A stretch of 64,000 nucleotides of DNA, taken from the NCBI GenBank assembly GCA_951406725.2, contig OX597818.1:125922001-125986000 (forward strand), written 5' to 3'. Source of the stretch: Octopus vulgaris (taxonomy: Eukaryota). Positions 54,199 to 64,000 of this stretch are shown piece after piece. Made by a program: the position numbers and the translations under genes. A model generated the notes under the pieces. That model had not been told where the DNA came from, did no database searches, and saw only the letters and a program-made list of their open reading frames with translations. Each line of letters starts with the position of its first letter. Position 1 is the first letter of the stretch.

Positions 54199-54507
54199 GT
54201 GTATATGTATATAATCGTGAAAAAGAAGAACAATGATTTGAAATGAGGTCGGGCGAGAGGAGGGTATATGAAGAATCAACCAAACAAAGATGAAAAAGAT
54301 AAACACCAAAACAATGGATGAGTAATAACAAAAAATAAGTTGAAAAAGGAGGAGGATAACAAGAAAGGCGGAAAGAAAATGGAAGGCCACGGAAAATGAA
54401 AACAGCTCTGTTAAATTTTCATCAATGATTTTTGCTTTAACACCTAGTCTTCTGTTTTTCTATCTCAACTTTCTTAGTTAACTGCATGTAAGTTTTGGTA
54501 CCTTTTA

Positions 54508-54575
<68 letters not shown>

Positions 54576-54579
<4 letters not shown>

Positions 54580-55320
54580 GATATAGGATAAAATTTTTTT
54601 CGGGAAAAAAATTTTATCAATGGCCAACATATAAAAAAATGCCTTTAAGCTAAGATTTATACATAATTTACAAGATAAGGGCAGAAGAAAAAATTCTAAT
54701 GCCAAATATGCCGAAACAAAAAATTGTTGGTAACCATTATAATTTAGGCGTCTCGAAGCAAACCGATAGAAATTTCTAAAAAATTCGTTATTACCGTATT
54801 GGTCCAATTTCGGGGTTAATTCATAAGAAATTTTCCCCTCTTCAGCGGCAAATACGCGAGACATAAATGAAATACTTACTCATACCCATGGAAAAAGCAA
54901 GCACTAAGTCCTGAGCAGACTTAAGTACCCCAATTATATCCAAAATAGAAAAATCATCGGCGCACCTCGAGACACGTGCGATTCGAACTAGAAACTTTCA
55001 CAGAGTGATAGAATCCGGAAGTGAATACTAATCTATTTATAATTGATATAGGATAAAATTTTTTTCGGGGAAAAAACGAATTTTTTAGAGATTTCTATCG
55101 GCTTGCTTCGAGACGCATAAATTATAATGGTTATCAACAATTTTTTGTTTCGGCATATTTGGCATTAGAATTTTTCTTCTGCCCTTATCTTGTAAATTAT
55201 GTATAAATTTTACCTTGAAAGGCATTTTTTGATATGCTGGCCATTGACAAAATTTATTTCGGGAAAATTTTTTATCCTATATCAATTATAAATAGATTAG
55301 TGTTTACTTCCGGATTCTAT
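54576..55320. mobile_element. Retrozyme-like element: 465 nt terminally redundant monomer (-) plus inverted partial copy (+)
   Basis: AATTGATATAGGATAAAATTTTTT at 54576 and 55041; 55075-55320 is the reverse complement of 54576-54790 continuing into 55009-55040. Confidence 0.9.
54791..54851 (-). ncRNA. Type I hammerhead, intact core
   Basis: TTGCCG-CTGAAGA-GGGG..CCCC-GAAA-TTGG-A-CCAAT-A-CGGTAA. Confidence 0.9.
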
Positions 55321-55528
55321 GAGACAAGAACGCAAAACACTCAAATAGACGACACAAAAAAACGGACGGGTCATTCGAAGCCTCTAATCTTCAGTCAAGA
55401 ACCGAATCATCCTCGCAATTTCGGCTGATTAATCTTGAGATCGCTCCGATCCGGCCAGCCCCAAGGAAAAACTAAGCAACGAGCATTAGATTTCTTGGAA
55501 AAAAGGATCGAATATATACGAAACAAGG

Positions 55529-55531
<3 letters not shown>
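55321..55531 (-). mobile_element. Unclassified (TA)n-adjacent element; internal 60 bp recurs at 55909-55968
   Basis: CATTCG(A/G)AGCCTCTAATCTTCAGTCAAGAACCG occurs twice. Confidence 0.6.
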
Positions 55532-55599
<68 letters not shown>

Positions 55600-56694
55600 G
55601 TTTCTTTCAGAATCATTAAATCGTTGGATAAATTGTTTGTAGCATTTGTTCGAGTTATCAACGTTCTTAGATGAAATCTTGCCGAGGTTAATTTGAGATT
55701 TCATCCTTCCGCCGATAAAATAAAGTACCAGTCAAATACAAGATTGATAAAATCAACTACTCCCCTTCGCCACCGTTTCTACCTGTGAACCTCTATTATA
55801 AATAGTTATAATTGTTGGAGCATTGAATAAATGACTTGCGGTATGACGTTCTGAGTTCAAATCTGAGGCCAAATCTGTATTTCTATAGGGTCGTTCAAGT
55901 AAACTAACACATTCGGAGCCTCTAATCTTCAGTCAAGAACCGGATCATCCTCGCAATTGTCGGCTGATAAAAGTGCTGCCCGGCGGGAATGTCCACAATG
56001 TGTGCAAAGCGACGAAACCCTACTACACGCACTTATGCATTATCCGTACATTTGCTAACTTGTGTAGTTATGTCTTACCATTATTATCGCTTGTTGGTCA
56101 AACTTAGCAATCAGTTAATTCCATCGTATGGATCGCACCACCGTCTGCCTTTCGCAAGGCGGAGTAGGCAATGTTCTTCTGTCTAGTGTCTACGGCGAGA
56201 GAGATTGTGTATTGGTCGGGGATGAAAGAATTTGAACAAATGATTTTCTTTTCGGTTAAGCGCACTTAGATATTTTCCTGTCCCACTTTGAACGGAAAAT
56301 GCGGGAGATGAAGGAATTGCTCTCCCCCAATGATTAAATGTGACTGGAACTACCGTAAGCATGTACCAATAGACGGGATATCAAATGCTGGACGATATTT
56401 TTGCGCCCTTGGTAGTCAGTGTGATCCATGGGTTGTGGGATTCTTCGAGTGATTGTGGTTGAAGACTCTTCTTTGACATCCAATTATTGCCATACTTCGT
56501 GTAATATCTATACCTTTTAGCTAATCTCTCCCCTCAACGCATCGCTCGTCCCAGAATTCGAAACCACAATCTCACGATCATGTTTCTAATACCCTAACCA
56601 TTAAGCCATGTACCTGCCTTCACACATACACGTGTGTGTATGTATGTATGTATGTATGTATGTATGTATGTATGTATGTATGTATGTATGCATG

Positions 56695-56725
<31 letters not shown>

Positions 56726-56959
56726 TTAATAGTTGATGTAATATGTATAAATTGCAAGTTAATAGTGATGTTATTATATTTGCGGAGTACCTACAAATCA
56801 AATTCTTTGTCAAAACAAAAGTATTTCAAACCAGTGAGGAATTGGTTTCCAACAATACTGTTGTAACAGACACTACTTACGTCATGCCTGTTATTTAAAA
56901 AGGTGACGACTCGGTGCATCACTTGAAAGGTAATGTCTATTAATCTTCATTTTTTTATT

Positions 56960-57140
56960 TTGAGCCATACAGTGATTATCACCGATGGGACGAAGAAAGA
57001 GATGAAGACCCAAGTAGACATAGCGCACCACCTTCAAAATATATCTGAAGCAACTAGCATCACCTGGGAAACGCAGAGGACTAGCACAAAAAGAAAAATG
57101 GATTACTGGACACATAATACTGCTCAATGTACAAACTAAT
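56960..57140 (+). pseudogene. RTE-like LINE C-terminal relic
   Basis: PMGRRKR*RPK*T*RTT resembles PxGKRKRGRPKxTW. Confidence 0.5.
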
Positions 57141-58482
57141 TATACGGTAGGTAGTAAGACTAAGAAGACTAGTATTTTCGGAATCCTGGAAGCATTCCAA
57201 GTGAAAATAATTATTTCTCCAACGACGACAGTTGGAGAATATCTTAGAACTTTTCCTGGTAGATATTGCTGTCTGCTTCAATATCAATTAAGGAAAAACT
57301 CGTAGGTTCGTGATTCGTTGAAATCAGAGGAAGCGTTAACAACAATGTTCCAGATCATCAAAAGTGATTTGAAGATTGTTCTCTCAGATACCAAATAACG
57401 TAAAGCAAGAAAATTTTAAGACCGGTTTACCGAGAAGGAGGACGTTATATGAGGGAAGTATATAAGCAATTAGAGACAGGCTTCTTGTGATTTTTTCACT
57501 TAGTTGTTGCTGCTGCGGTTGAGGATATTACTGTGTTGTGTAAGGAGGAATTAACGAAACCAGTAGATACATTTATCATAAAGTATCAAACAATAAATGG
57601 TTTTATTGACGTTAACATTCACTTTAAGAAAAGCTAATCTGCTAGTGTGATACTCGCTACTTTTTGTTATCATTGTTATCGTTGCGGTGATGTTATTGTC
57701 TACACCGATGATAGGAATGATGATGACGTTTATGGTGATGATAACGACGACGATGATGATGATCACATTGTTTTTGGTTGTGGTGGTGATGACGATGACG
57801 ATGATGACGGCATTGTTGCAATCTGGAAGTGGAGAAAAAACGCAATACTGGAACAGTCTATAATCACATTATCGGCTTAAGGCGTCGAAAAAGCAATAAA
57901 AATAACTACTCAAGAGGGAATAAAGACATTATCGAAATTTGCCTTTAGTTTATACCGTCATGCCTTCGTCATCGTCGTGGGTTATGTTGCCCCAACCGCC
58001 ATCGTCTTCATTGTGATGATCACCATAATCATTGTCGTTTGCGTCTTCGTGGTTGTCACTGTTGCCACCATCATCATCACCACCATCACCACAACCACTA
58101 CCACCACCACAACCACCACCACCACCACCACTATTATCATCATCGTCGTCGTCACCATCATCATCATTTCTATCTAAGACTCTAACTCACACACAATAAC
58201 ATCGCAGCTCGACCACAATTTACTGGCACTAATAATACCCTTATATTGCCATCAGCAATACGATGCTGATGATTATCATGATGACATCATCGTATTCTTA
58301 AAGCATCTTCACCATACACTTCAGATTTTACCAACAATATTAAATTCTTTATAACTTTTCGTTATTTCCTTACTTTTTGATCCCGAGCTAAAATATATTT
58401 TGTAAAGATTTTTGTTTATCATGCATATATGGGCAAAATCGTATATATATTAATCGAAGTGTACAGTATTATATATCCATTA

Positions 58483-58573
58483 CGGATCTTACCAATCGGT
58501 TTCACGCTAGGGGTTCAACGGAATATTAGGTAACAGTCCGATTATGTAACCCTGCACTCATCAGAGGTAGCCG
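58483..58573 (-). ncRNA. Type I hammerhead, intact core
   Basis: ACCT-CTGATGA-GTGCAGGGTT..AACCCCTAGCGT-GAAACCG-AT-TGGTA-AGAT. Confidence 0.8.
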
Positions 58574-58899
58574 TTATATATATAAATTTTTGTTGATATC
58601 TTGAATACTAAACGTTATACAAACGTAAGACTTGGTCCACTAAAATATTCTAGGAAGGTACGTACGCAGTGAACATTTCAATCGTATTTATAGGCTACAT
58701 ACAAAGTTATGTTGAGTTATGTAGTTGGAGGTGCTTTCAACTGTATCATGGTTTATTGCAGGTACACGGAAATGTCAATTTAAGGTAATGAAACTAAGTA
58801 TTATCGTTATAATAACATTTTATTGTAATAATGAAATACGCCACTGAAGAATAGCAGCAAAAGTTATGAAATAAACACAATTAACTTGTTGGTGCTGTA

Positions 58900-59680
58900 C
58901 TTTATTTGTCTATGTAACTTCCTTGTTTAGAAATGACATCAAACAGTGTTTTGTCAACAGAAGCTGTTAGCCGACTAATCTAAGATGGTGGTCATGGTAC
59001 CAGCAACTGTTTTGATCTTTTCCCACAGGGCATCCTTCGATGAAAACTTGATACCTCCTTCATGCACGTTCCCCTTCGAGATCGACCAGAGCTGTTCGAC
59101 AGGGTTTAGGTCAGAAGAACAGGGAGGTTAAGACATGAGTGATTGGCCTGTAATTCCCAGAGTTGCGAGGATCGAAATCGTAACCTTGGCTGAATGTGAA
59201 GGAGCATTGTCATGCATAAAAATCAATCGCCGTCGACATGAGAGAGGCAGATCGTCTAACGACGCTGAAAAGTGCTCTCCCAGAAATGCGGTGTAGGTGT
59301 TGCTGTTGAGTTTGACACCTCCTGGCATTCGGAATGGCTCGACAAGTTCATATGATTCCCGCGCAAAACATGACACCACCACCTCTTTGTTGACGCCGAA
59401 TACAATGCGGGCGAGAGGCTCCAAAGGGTATCCAAACTTTGAACCGCCCGTCGGGACAATCCAGAGTAGCTCAGGCCTCATCCATGAAGAGGACATCATG
59501 GAAATTGATATTCATGTAGTTCCGTGCATCAAATATGGGCAAATAAAAACTAAAGATTTGTTTTGCTACAATGGTGTCAAGAGAGTCTGTAGCTTCACGG
59601 TTTGAGTTCCGCGAGTAGATTTCCAACATATTTCCGTCCAAGAGCACTACTACGAACTTCTATATTCAGCATCTCCAACT
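58900..59680 (-). pseudogene. Tc1-family (DD34E) transposase relic
   Basis: IFMHDNAPSHSAK...*PPCSSDLNPVEQLWSI. Confidence 0.85.
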
Positions 59681-59715
59681 GTCACCCTGTGTGTATGTGT
59701 ATATATATATGTACA

Positions 59716-59747
<32 letters not shown>

Positions 59748-59755
59748 TGCATATA

Positions 59756-60143
59756 TACTCTCTTTACTCTTTTACTTGTTTCAGTCTTTTGACTGCGGCC
59801 ATGCTGGAGCACCGCCTTTAATCGAGCAACTCGACCCCGGGACTTATTCTTTTGTAAGCCCAGTACTTATTCTATCGGTCTCTTTTGCTTAACGGGGACA
59901 TAAGCACACCAGCATCGGTTTTTCAAGCAATGCTAGGGGAACAAACACAGACACACGAACACACACACGCATATATATACATATATACGACGGGCTTCTT
60001 TCAGTTCCCGTCTACCAAATCCACTCACAAGGCTTTGGTCGGCCCGAGGCTATAGTAGAAGACACCTGCCCAATGTACCACGCAGTGGGACTGAACCCGG
60101 AACCATGTGGTTGGTAAACAAGCTACTTACCACACAGCCACTA
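59756..60143 (-). mobile_element. SINE family A, near full length
   Basis: Collinear with 38162-38576. Confidence 0.92.
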
Positions 60144-60157
60144 CATATCTGTATGTA

Positions 60158-60211
<54 letters not shown>

Positions 60212-60249
60212 CATACATACATACATACATACATACATACATACATACA

Positions 60250-60283
<34 letters not shown>

Positions 60284-60873
60284 CATATATGTGGGGGAGC
60301 ACGTGTGTTTGTGCGTGCATTCTGCGTCGCGCGCATATGCACATGCAAGGGTGTAGCATGCATGCAGTTACTAATATACTTCCATAATCGTACATTATAT
60401 CTAACAAGCAGGAGTCTTTGAAGAGTTCCGATCAGGAAAATTATTACAACTACTTGCTATTCCACGCTTCCGCGTAATGTGTGTACACCGGCACTTTAAT
60501 CTAAGACAGCTTCAAGTGCGTATATTAATTAATAATGTGTGTGTGTGTGCGTGTATGTGTGTGTGTGTGTAATTTTTGGGTGTATTGCCAATGCACATTA
60601 CGTTACTATAGTTATTAGGCCTACATATATTATGCTACCGCAAACTCCCATACTCTTATATTATACACATAAGGAAGTATAGCATTGCGATATATCAAAC
60701 GTTTCGAACACTTAAACAAATGTTTTAAAATCAATAGCTGTTAATTTATGATTGTTTACAGGCTGAGCCACTGTTGGAAATCTCTTGGGTTTAAAGTATC
60801 AGCACAAGTCTTGTATACCTTATACTTACATGTATGCATGTATACATACATACGTACATACATATTACATATA

Positions 60874-61080
60874 ATGTGACCTCGTGTGTACCGTTGGCGA
60901 TTTTTGTTCCTCTGTCTTCCCTTCTCTGGATCTTTCCTTCTCCTATGTTTCCGACGTAGAGCTCCGCTCGAAACGTTAAACCCTCCTTCCCTTCTTTCCT
61001 GAGCGTCCAATAATTCTATATTTGTTCCACGTCCTCGCGTTGTTGTGCTTTTTTGTGTTTTCTTGTTTGGATTAACTATA
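60874..61080 (+). mobile_element. ~205 bp element with minimal HHR variant
   Basis: GTTT-CCGACGTA-GAGC-TCC-GCTC-GAAACGTT-AAAC at 60947-60981; second copy at 6915-7120. Confidence 0.8.
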
Positions 61081-61811
61081 TATACATGTGTGTGTGTGTG
61101 CGTATGAATATATGTATATATACACGTACATATAAACACGATTGAATTTATAAACGTAACGGAAACATTATTCGATGCATGATGTGAAATGTAGTTATGT
61201 ATTTTTGAAGGAGGAGCTTCGTTGCTGCATTACTCCCCTTCAAACTTAAGATCAAGATAATTACACACACACATACACACACACACACTCATACACACAC
61301 ACACACACACACTTCAGCATACACACATTCAAACATACACAGAATCAAACATACACAGACTCAAGCATATACGGACTCAGGCATACACACACACACACAT
61401 ATATATATATATGTATGCACGTGTGTACTCATGCGCGTACGTATATTTGAGCAAGAGTTTATATATTTCAATTCTTTATATATGTATTTTTTTCTGATAT
61501 TATCCAAGGCAATAAAACACATACACATATCTATAAAATGTGGATGAAATGTCCTGAAATTCCATATCGAATGTTCAAGAAAGAAAAACCAAAAATTGAA
61601 TGTTAAAACCAAACATAATATTTTAACGCCTGAGCGGCTTTCTTAAGTTCTTTTATAATTTCTCTTCATCAATGGAATTCCAGATTTCCAGATATCACCG
61701 ACATTTTTTTTTCAGTTTAAAATTTGTTTTTATGTTACTTTATAGGAAATCGGATGCTCATCCCGACATTTGCACACACTTATTTCGTTTGGTTTTGTAC
61801 GTGTGTATGCT

Positions 61812-61864
<53 letters not shown>

Positions 61865-61881
61865 ATATATATATATACATG

Positions 61882-61913
<32 letters not shown>

Positions 61914-61919
61914 CATATT

Positions 61920-61965
<46 letters not shown>

Positions 61966-61970
61966 CATAC

Positions 61971-62085
<115 letters not shown>

Positions 62086-62142
62086 CACGCATATATAAAC
62101 GTATACATACACACATACATATGTATACATGTGCACACACAC

Positions 62143-62193
<51 letters not shown>

Positions 62194-62887
62194 CGTATAT
62201 GTGTGCGTGTGTATGCGTCTGTGTGTGTGTGTACGTGCAAGTGTATATGCAACTAATTTATATATGAATGCAACTGCAAGCATATGCATACTTCTATATT
62301 CTGACATTTACGCGTGCTCTATGTTAAGTGCAGGCGTGCTTGTGGCATATGTACGCCATCTCTTCTTTCTCTCTCTCATTCCCTCTCTGTCTCTTTCTCT
62401 CTCTCTCTCACATACTCTCTCTGTCACTCCTCCCTCTCTTTCTCTCTTCCTTTTGCCTTAATCTCTATATCACAGCGCTACTTTGCCTCCTTATTTCTGC
62501 ATCTCTGATCCCAAACCCTCCCCTCTGCTTCCATATTCTACCCAACTCCTTCATGCCATACATCGTTAATGAACAGCTTCCAACATTTCCTGTAGCCACT
62601 TCTCTGTTAAAATTCTTCATGCCTTCATTTTTCTTCGGATTGCCTTTGTTATGAAGCACCCCCCCCACTATCGAATAAAACATTCGAAAACACGTGTATA
62701 CACATATATACACAAGTCTATCAATACTCCTGCATTTATATCCTTCCACATGCATAAATATGCATAAATAAACACATGCACTGCTTATAATTACAAACGT
62801 ATCTACATGTATATACGCATACATAAAAGCATACAAACACATTCACTACATAAATATATACACGCAGAGATAACTTACATGCATAAA

Positions 62888-62960
<73 letters not shown>

Positions 62961-63037
62961 TATACATACATATATAAAATATTAAATACACACACACATA
63001 TATATATATATATATACATACATACATATATAAAATA

Positions 63038-63080
<43 letters not shown>

Positions 63081-63832
63081 CATAGACACACACACACAGG
63101 CGCGCACGTACCCTGCCCAACACATGTTTGCAATAAAGGAATTCCACGCTAATAATATTAGATAAATCCATTAAACCTGCGAATCTAACACAAACAATAG
63201 CAGCAGCAGCGGCAGAAGAAGCAGCAGCAGCAACAATGTTGATAATAGCAACATCAACAACTACAACAACATTGAGAAGAATAGCAACACCGCTGACAAT
63301 AACATTAACCACAACAATAGCATTAACAACAACAGCAAAGATGAAGATGAAGGAGACGACCAAAGAAGGTAGGTAGACGACGATGAAAGTGAATAACTGT
63401 TAGCAGAAGCTACTACAACAACAATAACAACAATAGCAACGATGGTAGCAGTATCAAAAAAGCACATTTCGCGGCTTTCTTTTTGTTCTTTTTTTTTATA
63501 ACCCATTTCTCAAGAATAAAAGCTTCGGGAATGAAAATTGTGAAATAAACAAGAATTGCATCAACAGCAACATTGCCATTAACGACGTTCAATATCAACG
63601 ACGACCACGGCGACACTGACATTAACAACAAGAGGAATATCAATAATAATAAAACCACGAATATTCCAGCACCATGGTCAACAACAAGATAAGACAACGA
63701 AGGAGCATCCACCACGCGGTCGTTCAACTTTGAAGAAACAAGTGCCAAATCTGCCTTAAATTACAGCCAACCATCTTTGAAAAAGACGTATTGGATAAAG
63801 TAGTCTTTCACAACATCCTAGAATTATTCATA

Positions 63833-64000
63833 TCTATTGAATAAAAACCGTTCTGTCTGTGTGTGTGTCTTCTAGGATCTCGGGCATCCTCCATCCAATT
63901 GCGCTCAAATTTGATATGAAGATACCGACGGTATCAGGGCGTGTAAACTCTTGAAACAATTACAAAAATCGATTCCAGGTGAAAATGCGATCGATAAAGC
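63833..64000 (+). mobile_element. Probable non-autonomous Helitron/Helentron-like 5' end (runs off the window)
   Basis: A|TCTATTGAATAAAA followed by TCTGTCTGTGTG and CTCAAATTTG, the typical layout of such elements. Confidence 0.45.

Noticed and set aside
54681-54735. CAGAAGA...GAAAC on the plus strand as a hammerhead
   Set aside because: Non-consensus core and no stem II; the real HHR of this element is at 54791-54851 on the minus strand
61025-61045. CACG-TCCTCG-CGT resembling the P3/L3 of an HDV-like ribozyme
   Set aside because: P1, P1.1, P4 and J4/2 could not be built

Overview
AT-rich, microsatellite-saturated animal DNA. The SINE repertoire and (TA)n/(TATG)n density suggest an octopus/cephalopod intergenic or intronic region; this is inference from recalled repeat families, not a database result. 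No host protein-coding gene is supported, and nearly all ORFs in the track are translated microsatellites. Real coding signal is all transposon-derived: one young 5'-truncated CR1-type LINE with an uninterrupted ~960-codon EN-RT frame (13849-16728, -), a Penelope-like RT relic (-), RTE and R4/Dong LINE relics, and several Tc1/mariner relics. Three or more tRNA-derived SINE families are present in many copies. The most notable signal is non-coding: about 18 intact-to-decayed minimal type-I hammerhead ribozyme (HHR) motifs found by eye, in short unrelated-looking elements next to (TA)n tracts. Six of these elements are 150-850 bp fold-back palindromes. Every recognisable HHR in them points outward (left arm minus strand, right arm plus strand), and two show terminally redundant ~315-465 nt monomers. 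This fits a diverse set of non-autonomous Penelope-dependent, retrozyme-like elements. Also seen: the most abundant SINE shares its 3' tail with the intact LINE, and inverted duplications are centred on (TA)n tracts. All folds and alignments were done by eye; coordinates of decayed repeats are approximate.
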